From: Zygnema circumcarinatum SAG 698-1b
Taxonomy: Eukaryota > Plantae > Zygnematophyceae
Length of the DNA: 64,000 nt
Assembly: GCA_037447605.1 (NCBI GenBank)
Contig: CM074804.1
Location: 5,867,909 to 5,931,908 of the forward strand
Direction: 5' to 3'
Under the pieces are notes generated by a model. That model saw only the letters and a list, made by a program, of their open reading frames with translations, was not told where the DNA came from and did no database searches. The translations under genes and the position numbers were made by a program. The first letter of the stretch is position 1, and each line of letters opens with the position of its first letter. Below, piece after piece: positions 23,488-35,411 of this stretch.

Positions 23488-26400
23488 ATGGCTACCGAAA
23501 GCTCTAATTCGACTATAAGTGAGTTTGCTCTGGTCTTTTTTTCTTTGCTTCTACCGGGTGTTCCTTTGCTTTTCAGGTGTTGTTTCGACGTTAGCAACGA
23601 ACCTTAGCTGACTCACTCCGGTGGCATGCGGAGATGGATGATGACGAATGTCGTGTTTTTTCTGTGCTGTGTTTTTTATTTTTTCAGCAAAAGATGATGA
23701 GAAGTCGGCATCAGAACAGACCGCTCCCGCTTCTGCGGCAGTAGCAGACACGTCTTCCACTCCGGAGTCCTCGGGAGCCCTTTCAGCTGCAGGAAATCCG
23801 TTTGACTTCTCTAATATGTCCAGTCTTCTTAACGTAAGTAATGTGGAAGGCGTTTTGGAGGAGTGTGTGAGAAACCCTTTTAGGTCCTGCTACTGGTCTC
23901 GTTATCGGTTTTCTTTGCAATGGTGCGTACCTTGGGACTGATCCAATGCGCATTTGCCTCCTTGCCAGGATCCGAGCATAAAATCGATGGCAGAACAGAT
24001 AGCCCAGGATCCAACTTTTGCGCAGATGACGCAGCGTCTGCAGCAGAGTGTCCGCCCGGGTCCCGATGGTGTACCACAACTTGACCAGTCTCAGTATCTC
24101 AACGCCATGCAGGAAGTCATGTCAAATCCTAATTTCTTGAGCATTGCCGAGAAGTTGGGTACTGCGCTGATGCAGGTAAATACTTTGGACGGTTGTTTTG
24201 GTCTATCTATTCCGTTTGTGTCCTCATTGTTTTCAACGGTGCTCTGCTCGGATTCTGGCATAAAGAAATTTGCAAAGGTCATTTATCACCTTATATTTGC
24301 ACACCATAAAACTGAACTCAGTTCGATTCCTTTTTTAAAGGCCACTACTTTCTTTCAAAATAGGTTGCTAACAGAGCACTTTTTGTTTGACAGGATCCTC
24401 AAATGACGGATATGATGCGAACTCTTCAAAACCCATCTTATAGGGAACAGATGCACGCAAAGCTGGCCTCTGTGAAGGATGATCCGGAGTTGAAGCCCGT
24501 GCTGGAAGAGCTGGAGTCGGGTGGTCCAGCTGCTATGATGAAGTATGTGCACCAGACATGCTTGTTCACGTAATGTTTACTCTAATGTCTTTACTTAACA
24601 GGGTTTAGAAATTGCTGTGTACACCTAATTCCATCTTGAGATGTGAAGCTCTGCTTGTTAGTGCCTATTCTTGTTTCCTGTGTTTTCCTCGAACTCGTCT
24701 TTTTGAAGCACCTTTACATATCCATGTGACACAACAAGTGTCTATATGCGTCGCACAGCGACGTTTGATGTCAGTGACAACAGCAAGATTGATGACGGCG
24801 CATGCTGGCGCATTTATAACGAAGTTGAAGTAGCTGATACTGTTTCCTTGCTTTTGAGAAAGATTTTTTTTTCTATTACTTGTGTCAATGCAGATATTGG
24901 AATGATCCGGTCATTCTTGGCAAATTGGGAAAGGCCATGGGAGGTGGCTTTCCTGGAATACCATCGTCTGAAGAAGCCGTATTGGCTGGTCAAGGTTCAG
25001 AGGAAGGCTTGGGACCAGAGGAAGAGGGAGATGAAGAAGAAGACGAGGACAATATCCATTCAGCAGCCAGTTCTGGCGACTTTGATGTGAGCTTTCCAGC
25101 GGTCCTTTCATATTTTATCTGGACATATTGATCGCCATCCGTAGATGGTTCATGGATTATTTTTTTCTATACCGACGGTGGCTGTTGCGGTAGTCCTCAA
25201 GTTTTGATTCTGCTCTTTTTTTTTTTTTTTCCAAAAGTTATAAGGTGCCTTCGTCACCTTTCAGATACACCCTCGTGCCTCGGTGCTTGTGTTTATGCTT
25301 ATCTGCGTTGAACTTAAGTAATTTTTCGACTGAAGGCGTTACTCATAGCTATCGTTCAGATATTAAAGACACTTGGTCCACGTTGGTCTGTTTGCTAGGC
25401 CATCTGAATCTGCTCGATACAGATTCTGAAGAGGGTGTTTGGAAATATAGCTTGCATAAAGGTTGGCTCTAGGGATTCAGGCTGATGTTGACCGTAGAAA
25501 GCATTTTCTTACTGGTCTTTGCACTTGAGTGGTCTTCTCAAGTACTAGGTTTGGAAATAATGAAGTGTCCTTCCTCTGAAAGTAGTTGTAAGTATATGAT
25601 AGTTCTTTTTCAAAGTTTCTGGATATGCACATGATCCAGGGAAGAGTGCGGGAACATCACGAGAATTAGGAAGCGAGCTCATTTGTTGTTAGGCTTTTTC
25701 TTTTGGACAGCTGCTTGCGCCATACGCTAAATTGCACTTTTCCGTGCGCAGTCTCTTCAGGAATTTATAAAAAACAAAGCCAATCTGGACGAGAAAGATG
25801 CAGAAGGGCGGACTGCTTTACATTTCGCCTGCGGCTATGGAGAGGTCAGCTATTTACCGGCAGACGCTTTGTATCTGGCATGGTCTCTATTTACATGTAC
25901 TCCGTTGTACTAGGCTTGGGTCACAACTGTTTATTCACTCAATCGCTTCTATACTTGTAGTGGCCTACCAGCAATCGCCCTAAATGCTGGCTTATTGTTG
26001 ATCTGATCTGACCGAGGAAGGGCCGTCGATTGACAGGTGAAGTGCGCAGAGCTCTTGCTTGATAAGGAAGCCTCTGTGGATGCATTGGACAAGAATAAAA
26101 ATACGCCATTGCATTATGCGGCAGGCTATGGCCGAAAAGAATGTGTGGAGCTGCTTCTCAAGAGTGGTGCCGCTGTGTAAGTCTTCTTAATCACCCCATC
26201 ATCCTACTGAATATTTACAACCTGAAACTAGTCATGCTTTATAGTGGCCTTGGCAGGCTGGATGCATTCTCAGCAAATTGCAGCCTGTTCAAGTTTTAGA
26301 GAAATTAATCCGGAATCAGACGTTGTTTCCAGTTCCACCTTGCTCTTTGTTGAGGATGTTTGGTGCAGATCTTCCAGCTCTTGCGGGAGTCTGACAGTCC

Positions 26401-26833
26401 ATTTATGGCAGGTTTATGCCATTGTATGTGTAGAGGTCATGGATAGGTGTGCCAACTGGTGTGAATCGGGAAATACCTTTGACAGCTCAGTTGAGGTCAT
26501 AGTTCTTGCAAATGTGCATGCTCTGTGAATAATGTGCACGTTTTCCTGAAACGATCCTGAAACGGCATGCCATCTGAACCTTGTGGCTGTCGTTTGCGCT
26601 GGTGATTTTGCGATGTTTGAATGATATATGCTCGGGTAGCAGCTGTTTTCTTCACCTTCTTGGGTAAGAAGCTAGTCCATTGTTTCTGGGAAGTTGACTG
26701 CTTGATTTGTTTTTTTTTGTGCCCTACGCTCAGGACCCTGCGCAACATGGACAACAAGACAGCCGGAGATGTTGCCAAGCTGAACAACCAGCTGGAGGTT
26801 GCCAAATTGCTGGAACAGGCGGCCTTCTTGTAG
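23488..26833 (+). CDS. AKR2: Ankyrin repeat protein 2 (AKR2A/B-like membrane-protein chaperone), multi-exon
   Basis: [29 protein letters not shown]; [27 protein letters not shown]; [18 protein letters not shown]; [24 protein letters not shown]; TLRNMDNKT...[10 protein letters not shown] at 23488, TAG at 26831-26833. Confidence 0.95.
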
Positions 26834-27469
26834 AGGGCAAACAGCGTGCATCGCGAATACTTTTTTTGGCCCCGAGACATCGACTTTGTGATAACCACGA
26901 CGGAGGCACCTGTCGAGACAAGTCCCAAGCACTATGTTTGCTTGGGAGATTTTGTTGACTGTTGTTGTACTCATTTGCAGGTTTGTTGTGGTGTTGACTG
27001 GCGAACCCTCTTTTGTGGTAGGGCTGCAGTTCTGTTTTGGGGCTGTGATCCAGGAGATGTGGATATAGGCGACGAAAGCTTTTCTGTAGGTGCTGTGTAG
27101 ATGATACCTCCAAACAGAGATGACCCGAATGTTGTTGATTAGCCTTATGGCCCTGCCCAAACCCAACCAGAAAAGGGAAAGTTGTGGAAGTTACCGAGAA
27201 GCTGAAAATTATTTGCTTATGAAGCGGTTTGCCTATTTCACTGTATGCTGGCATGGGGTCAAAAAGCATGTGGTACTTAATTCTATGCTTGCACTTAGAG
27301 TGCTTGGGTTGCTAGTTTGATCTGGAGAAAAAGGCATAAGAGAAAGTCTGATACGGCAGTTCTATTCAGTATGAAATAATGGTGCCTAACTTTGATGGTG
27401 AACATGTCAGCATGGCTACTCAAACGAGGATATGATCTTGGGTGTAAATTCTGAAGGCACCTTTGCATT

Positions 27470-27597
27470 AGGGGGTGTCAGACTTGACAAAATCTTACGA
27501 ACAAGAAAGTTCAGATTATGCCGTAGCCAGATTGCAATGTCGCCGGAGTAGTACTGATCTCAAACTTACGAACAACTTTTTAAGTCTGACCACCCCT
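27470..27597. mobile_element. 128-bp MITE with TIR AGGGGGTGTCAGACTT and 3-bp TSD ATT
   Basis: Left end AGGGGGTGTCAGACTTGA, right end TTAAGTCTGACCACCCCT, flanked by ATT at 27467-27469 and 27598-27600. A homologous copy lies at 47837. Confidence 0.85.
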
Positions 27598-28433
27598 ATT
27601 GTCAGGGCATTAGAAAGGCGGCTTTTCTGACTCCCCAGTCAAGGTGAAAGACTCTCCCTGGGTCTAGCATTCGTGCTTCCACTACTCACCTGCCAAACGG
27701 AGGGATTGATTGGAGGTTTGAACTCATCGCGCTGCAGGTGTAGTGCAACCAGAGAGTCACATGTTGCCTCGTCCACCTGCCAGAAAAAAAGATCAGCCGA
27801 CTCACGAGGAGTCAGATTCAAGGGAAGCACTCCATGAAGCATGAACACCCATTTCTTTTTCTTTGAGATAGTTGACTCACTTAATTACAGAAATTGCCCA
27901 GGTCAAATAAAAAACACGAAAAGACGACCACAGCTCCGAGGTTTCGGCCGTGCTCATGTCGTCAGACGCAGTAATGTGATGCATGAAAGGGGAAGAGGCG
28001 GGGGGCGGGGGGGAGTGTTTCAGGTTGTACGCTGGCTTACAAACTGATGTGACGAGGTCTTATTTTGATTATTGAAATAGCCAGGGGCAGGAGCACTCAA
28101 AAGAATGGCATTCGTCTGTCAACAAAGGTCCTTTGACATGCACGCTGTAGGAGGCCTTCTATTTGATCCCAGATTTGTACAATGCTGATGCCAAACTCAC
28201 TCGCGAGCATAAAACGATATGAAGAATTTTACAGGAACCACTAAACCAATCACCTCAACTTAAACTTCTGTACAAGGAGAATACACGATAGGTAATTCTT
28301 GGAAGAGAGGTAGGCCAGCCACTAGAAATCCTTTCAAGTTCGAGGAAGAAGCCGGTGGTAGCTCGACAGACCTCTCATACTAACAAAGGCTGAAATATTC
28401 TGTCATCCAGATGTACACATCTCCATGGTGTTC

Positions 28434-29078
28434 CTATGACTTCGGCAATGACTGCATAAACGCATTATATGAAGATTCCAGGTCAAAGAGCAATTGTCGT
28501 GCTTCATCTTCCTTCAGCTCATCTGACGCGGACATTTTGTTCAATCGGCCGATCCAATCTCGAGCTTTCACCTTTCCTTCAAATTCAGCAGATAGCTGCC
28601 TAACGCGATTGAGAGCACCCAACAAATCTGATAAGAGAGGATGAACCTCGTCTACAGCCACCATGTTCAGCTTGAGCGAGTCCATAGCAGTGATGTAATG
28701 CTGCACAGTCTCGGCAACAGCCACCGCCGTGTTGTCTTCTGAGCTGGCTGACTTATGCTCCACAGTGGCAGGCACACCCGAGACAAGGAGTCGGTTCAGT
28801 GCTGCTGGACAGTCCATATCATAGGCAGCCATAAACTTCTCAACATCAGGCACCGTGTCCTTGAGGGTTGTGCGTAAGGTCTTGAATTGTGCAATAAGCT
28901 TCATACAATTTGGCTCATATTCCTTTGCAGATATGATGTCACGCACATAGGCTTTCTCCAACTTCTCAGTTGTTTTGATAATGGCGTACAAGTCTGCAAA
29001 GTTTTCATACATTTCACGCTCTTTTTTGTCGTTCCACAGACGCACTTCTTGTATCTCTTGAGGACCATAAGCAGCCAT
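28434..29078 (-). CDS. VPS28: ESCRT-I subunit VPS28, intronless CDS
   Basis: EVRLWNDKKEREMYENFADLYAIIKTTEKLEKAYVRD; GVPATVEH; VAETVQHYITAMDSLKLNMVAVDEVHPLLSDL; RQLLFDLESSYNAF. First ATG at 29078, just after a splice acceptor in the 5' UTR. Confidence 0.97.
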   Translation of the reverse strand: MAAYGPQEIQEVRLWNDKKEREMYENFADLYAIIKTTEKLEKAYVRDIISAKEYEPNCMKLIAQFKTLRTTLKDTVPDVEKFMAAYDMDCPAALNRLLVSGVPATVEHKSASSEDNTAVAVAETVQHYITAMDSLKLNMVAVDEVHPLLSDLLGALNRVRQLSAEFEGKVKARDWIGRLNKMSASDELKEDEARQLLFDLESSYNAFMQSLPKS

Positions 29079-29725
29079 ATCTAGAATCTCTGTAATCATC
29101 CAAAAGACAAAAAATGGTGAGCCCTAAGACAATCCATTTGCCTCCAGCGATTCTTCAACAAAAGAATAAAAATGGCCAGAATTGGGTAGAGCGTCCCGCC
29201 ACGTTCATTAACGAACAGCCCTGATTTTGGAGCGCTCAGCCAGTCGACCGAACATACATCCCAGGAATCAAAACCAGGCCGAAACTTCGGGGCAACTCAC
29301 CACTTTCCTCCGGATCGACCGATGAGTCAGTTTCTTTTCCAAAAAAAAGGAAGTAATCTTCTCTGAAACCAGGTTCGCCTGGCTGCACCCTTTTTATTTA
29401 AAACGGGCCAGACACCATGGCGTGCCACGCTGCAGATACAAGGGGTAGGACAACTGCAGAACTAGCTTCACGCAGATTGCGACAGCCCTGGATTCGCTCC
29501 GCGAGGAAGCTGCTGCCAGAGCTGCTACAGCGGCCTCCAAAAGGAATATCTTTGAACCGGGAAGAAAATGTCAGAATTTAACTTTGTCCAAAGGTGCCGT
29601 ACTTTAATGTACGGTAAAGTACAGTATCTGGTACGGATCTATAGTACCGTACGAAATATGCGGTGTGATGTGACAGGTCGACGGCCCAGGAACGCCATGA
29701 AATCACGAGCGGCTGCCCGGCCGCC

Positions 29726-29865
29726 GGGGAGGGGGGAGGGGGAGGGGGAGGGGAGGGGAGGGGGGAGGGGGAGGGGAGGGGGGAGGGGGAGGGGGAGGGG
29801 GAGGGGTAGGGGAGGGGAGGGATGGGAGGGACGGGACGGGACGGGAGGGGAGGGGAGGGGACGGG
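29726..29865 (+). repeat. G-rich (GGGGA/GGGGGA/GGGAC)n tract with G-quadruplex potential
   Basis: More than 20 consecutive runs of three or more G separated by 1-2 nt, in the island upstream of VPS28. Confidence 0.85.
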
Positions 29866-31381
29866 AGTGGAGCCGCGCATGGGAGAGAGATGAGATCCGG
29901 GACATGCTTCGCTCGCGCCTGCCATCAGAGCGAGCGAGGTGGAGCTGGCGTGGGAGGGGGGGACTCGTGTATGTCCTGCCTGTTATAGGGAAAAGAGGAA
30001 CTGTGCCGGGTGTTGTGCATCTGGGGTTGAACTGAAAAGCCAATCACAACCCTTCTGACTCAAGCATGATATTGCACTGCGCTGCAAACTGCAAAGAAGT
30101 TCTATCGACGAGCGAATCGGTAAGAGTTATTTTCTTACAACAATGGCTTCACAAATGCAATAGTGCCTGTCCCTTCTCTCTGTCTATATTTGTACCGTTA
30201 AGACAGAGGGGTTTAGTCCTTTATCCGGGTCCAAGACAGAATCAGCCTCAGTTGCAACTGCCTGAGCCAATAACCTGCGTATTTGAAGGTCAACGCACTG
30301 TAATAGTCCTGCCGTGGCCTCGACCTGCCTGGTGGCCGTTTGCCAAATGGCGAGACTCCATTAATCGGACGGACGATAGACTGGTGATAATGTCTACCCT
30401 GACTTAACGATACTAGCTTTCAGACATGCTTGAATCGTATCGATTAAGACACTATTCATTTTTTTCTCCTATCGTGTCGGAATTGAATCGAACTCGCTCT
30501 GGTGAGGCCATCAAAATTCAAACGCGGACGTATTGCACGATGAGCACGTTTTTGGAGCTGGAAGTACAGTACGGACAAGGGAGCATGTTGGAGCTGCCTG
30601 CCACGCACGTTTTCTTTCCTACTGAAAGAGAGCGTGGCGGCGTCTCATCTCCTACACGACGATAGGAGCAACATTTGCTTTTGCCGAACGTTGCAAGTCC
30701 CAGAACGTCCAATGAGATCACCTCATCAGGTGACTCTACAGGCTCAGCCACAGCGCAGACAACCACATACAAATCACACACTGAGTAGCACGATAGAACA
30801 TTGCACCGCGGAACGTGAGCAAATGGGGGAGTGACCTGTACTAGTCGAAGGGAGTCGGTAAATGTGTCCTGCTTCCCTGGAAGATATTGTCGGTGGCTCA
30901 ACCGCATTCGCTAAGATGTGCGCTCCGCGCAACACTCGTGTATGCGATACACATGCTGGGTCCTCTACCCACAGAAATTTGCCAAATTGCGTGGGGGCAT
31001 AATTGCTGGTGGCGAAAACGAGAGTCGCCATAAATCCCAGAGGTGCTCTCAGATAGCGAATGTGGTTGGTTTTCGAAATTGTCCCACGTCTGAAAACAAA
31101 AACGTATGTAGATCCCGTAAAGAAGTCAAAGTATCCATTCATGGTGGTTCCCACCGTGCTACATTAGTTACATGGCTGCAGGTAGTTCACAGCTTCAAAT
31201 CTTCAGGACAATGAACAAGACGATGGAGCATCAATGGTTGCGGAGGGCCAATGTAGCACCACCGGACTGTTGAGGCTTACAACGTAAAGTATGAGGAGCT
31301 ACACAAGGAAAAACAGAAGAAGAAATTGACAACGTGTTCAGCCAATACAGTACTGCCAAGTGGCTCCCCTCACTACACCTA

Positions 31382-34300
31382 TCAGTCGCTAAACCGGTTT
31401 GGAACCCGCAGTCTCCGAAACACATGAAAGATGAGCACTGAGACGCCCACTACCGAGAGGACAACGAGAGCCACAGCATCCTGCGTCAGCCGTACGGGTC
31501 TACCCGGTCCCACACTCGAGGCGCGGGGGGGCTCTCCTGAAGACGATGTGCTCTCACTGTTTCCATTGTGTAGAGACCTGCAGAAAGAAAGTACGCGGCT
31601 TTAAAGAACGGAGGCTGAATGAGTTTAAGGCGACGACTATTTGGATAACATCTCGATAGCCAAAGGCAAACGAAATATAAGCAGCCACAAAGTTGACTAG
31701 AAAGACGTTATCTGAAAAACACCAGGAGTTCTACGCTGGAATCAAACTAAGACAGGCACAGTTCACACGGCCTACTACATGCGATATTTGTGCTGTTTGA
31801 CATCGAAACTTTTGAGAGTCTTGAAATGCAGGCGAGTTGATGCTGACGTCGCGAAATCGCAGGTTGTTTCAGAACATGGGCTTGCGATGAGGAGGTTAGG
31901 GGACACTGCGTGGGCTGCGACTGACCACCCAAAAAACTCTAAAACGAGAATCCCAGCGCACTCCCAGCCGGCGACTCAGTTGCTGACGACGCACGTGCTT
32001 CAAATTTTGCCACGTGCGCCAACCGCGTATTGAAAAGTATTCACCGTTTCCAATTCCCGGTTAAAGCATGACGCAGTTTTGTAGAGAAAACTTGCAGCCT
32101 CACTCCGGTTTGAAACTGGAGCGAGGCGGGAGGAAGACTACATCCAATACCATTACGCCACGTGAAACAATCTTGTTGACGGACCCTTCAAAATATTTCA
32201 TGAACTTGAACCTACCTACAGTCCAGTGTGTGGGGAGTGCAAGCTCTAAATTTTGAGCCATGGCGTGCGGCTTGGCTCCCGTTTTCGGAAAATGAAAGTG
32301 CTCTGACCTTCAGTAAACAACAGTGCTCTGAACGTTACGAAAGGAAGTCTTGAGATTGTACGTAAGATTGTTCACCCTCGGAACAGGGAGAATGGTTGTT
32401 ACAACATACCTTGATTCAGGATTATCAGTATGGAAACTGGAGTCGTGTGCAAGCCGCTGACTTTTCTTGATCCACTTTTCACAATAATCGCACCAATCTG
32501 TCCGACTTCCACACACTTCCTGTATACCCAGGTCACCGTAAAAATGTGTATTAGCCAGTGCGTATGAAAGGAACCTCAAAAAGGTAATCTACTTTCCATA
32601 AGTTTGGAACTTACGAATTCTGACGGCAACATTAGTGCAATCATGCTTCATGCATCACTCACAAGGACGACCCCACACCCTTCAGGACTTCATTAGGAAA
32701 GCTGCAAGGATTCCTTATAATAGCCAATTTACAGCTGCTTGCTTACAAAACCCAACGCAAACACTCAGTTACTTTAGGTGCTCTCTTACCACATGCTCAT
32801 CAAAACTTGCTGCCGTTTTCTCCAAGTCACAATATTCGCAATGCACGAGTCTGAACTGACATTTCAACGTTTCATGGTCAGACAGTAGCCTCCGCTCCAA
32901 TGCCAGCCCACACAGAGAACAAGGAATCTGCATGAGGAGAATACCAGCCCAGAATCATGTTAGAGCCATGAGGCCGCAGTAAGCTGGTGTCGAGGTCTGA
33001 ACCGTAAGGAAGAGCGAGCAGAATGTTCAGGAAATGACAAGAAAAACACTTCATGAAACTGGCAAGTTGATCACATGCTGGGGCATTTAGCCTGTTGAGG
33101 ATTGCATCCAAGCAATTCCATACGGTCACATCCCAGATGCCAAGAGAACTACAAGGAAAAAAAGGTTATCAAGCTATCGCAACGGCTATGATACCCCAGG
33201 GGGAGTTCATCCAAGAAGTTCCGAGCATACCAACTAAGCAAGGGAGTCTAATGGAGGCGGAGGCAAGAGTACCTTCGTATCTGGTTGTTTCCCAAATCTC
33301 TCCACTGGCCAAACAATGCAAAACATTCAGGCGCTGTCTAAGTGACAACTAGGGTTTCCGTTGGGTGCTTGGCAAGCCTTGGAGTTCCGCAATTCTCTCC
33401 ATATCTTACAGAAATATCTTTGCAGAAAGAGGCAATTTAGGGCCTCCTGCTGACGCAAAATGGCGTTCACCGATCCACAAAAAATGAATATCGGTTGCAA
33501 AAGTAACAAACAAAGAGACTCTGAATGCCAAACACGTAGCGCCTATGGAGTATTCTAGCATAAAGAATATATGTTAAAGATGATACACAATTCGAATTGT
33601 GTATTATCTTTACATGTTGTACCTACACACTATAGTGCATAGAAAGTAAAGTGTCATTACACTTTAATATAGACACTACATATGCACCGTGTTTTAGAAA
33701 CAAAAAACCGAATGGTTGGAGTGACTGCACAGTCAAAGATGAAAAAGTAGTTGTGCTGGAGTGTGTGAAGGAAAAAAGACACAGCAAAGAAACGAAGGTA
33801 GAGAGGCAGGACATGGTTTTAAAAGTTACTGAATATCTTTCCCAGCTAAACCTTCCAGTTACGGGTTGTGAAGGAAACAATATCAATATAATCTTTCCTC
33901 ATATGCTCATATGCTATGCCCTTCCCTCCCCCTCCCTCATATGCTATGGCCTACAAAACCTCACTTTAAAGTTTAAGTTTAAGTAAATTGATCTCACCAA
34001 GTCGTGTAAGCGGAATTCTGACTGGGATGGCAAGAGCATCAGAGGAGATGCGGATTTTGATGATGGATTGCGACAATACAAGTCCTTTAAAAGAGACATT
34101 TAAAGAACCGAAGATAGGAAAAGTCTCGAAGAGGAAAAGAGAGAAACTCGCAAACAAGGCATTCAAATGGTGTACCGGAAGCTCACGAAGTTAAAAAGGA
34201 CATTATTCTCAATGACTTCCATACGGACTTGTCAAACAAACTGAATGCTGATGACTCGCAAAATCAAGCCCCTACAAGAGTTGGACGAGAGCCTGACACC

Positions 34301-34863
34301 ATGTGAAACTGAAGACGGTCTCCCGATTTAGGAATGAACTGAAACAGGAACTTCTGGGGAAGGAAAAGAAGGGCATCTGCTTGACGACAACTACCTATGA
34401 GCTCACCAGAGCATGTGCTTCGTCTCTATGCTCCTCCATTCGTGTTTTGGCCACCATCTCATCGCAATTTGAACAGCGCTCTAAGTTGCGCTGACAGTGA
34501 ACAGAATGTAAGTCGTAATTGGCAGTGGGAATGTCCCTTCCGCTGCAAAAAATATGTACAGGAAGGCTTTACATTTGCAATTCACGAAAGTGTTTTCCTA
34601 TTTATTCAGACATCAACAGCGGTGATGAAACTTCATCCTCCCCAGATGGCAATTTGATTTTCCCGCTTTTCAGCTATGGTTCTTCCAATTTGAATGATAT
34701 TTGAACTAGTTCACTTTGATGAATCCTTGTGAGTACCAGGTTCCAAGTTTCTGAAGGACTAGAACCGTCCATGTCCAATCTCGAATACTGCACAGTCGCT
34801 GGGTTCCACTCACCAGTGAGCGCAGTACACAGTTTGACCCTCTGCCTCGAAAATAGCATCCAT
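31382..34863 (-). CDS. TRAF-type zinc-finger (XAF1/TRAFD1-like) protein with a C-terminal transmembrane anchor, 5 exons
   Basis: Spliced translation: MDAIFEAEGQTVYCAHC|GRDIPTANYDLHSVHCQRNLERCSNCDEMVAKTRMEEHRDEAHAL|IPCSLCGLALERRLLSDHETLKCQFRLVHCEYCD...FDEHV|EVCGSRTDWCDYCEKWIKK...|...AVALVVLSVVGVSVLIFHVFRR. Splice phases checked are compatible. Most of this gene is absent from the ORF track. Confidence 0.88.
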
Positions 34864-35411
34864 GGTGTCACACTTCAAGCCGATTTTCCGCTATGAAATT
34901 TGAACTACACAGCAGACTCCTTCTTCCGCTGCTTGAAATGCTTCTTTCCTTCCTTCAACCAACATCCCAGGCAGAGAAAATCCCCGGAACAACCACCTAT
35001 GCAGCAGCAGATGAAGCATTAGTTTGCGGTCGCAGCCATTGTTGCGAACGTGTGGCTCGCAATTTTGCTCTACAGAAACCGCAAGTAAGAACCCTAAAAT
35101 TGCGAGAACGAAGTACCGTATCGCCGAGAGGTTGCCGCGCCACTCGCCGTGTGCCTTGACGTGACTGAACTGAACAATTGAGTCTGCAAAACAAGAAACG
35201 TGCGCCTTTGAGCTCTGATGAGCATGAGGGCAGTGAGTTGTGCTGCATTGTTGCGATCTCAGTGCGACTATTTTTTGAGGAAGCCATGTCTGCCTCTCTA
35301 ATGTCACGGGTTGGTGTGGAGCGCACTTGAGGGTGGGCTGTCAAGCGTCGTCTCCGTCGTTTCGGTAAGGATCATGAACAAATAAGTCGGCTGCTGGGCG
35401 AGAAGTTGGTT

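Noticed and set aside
30000-31380. Possible extra gene or TE between VPS28 and the TRAF-type Zn-finger gene
   Set aside because: The short ORFs carry no recognisable motif or spliceable chain; most simply the Zn-finger 3' UTR plus intergenic DNA.
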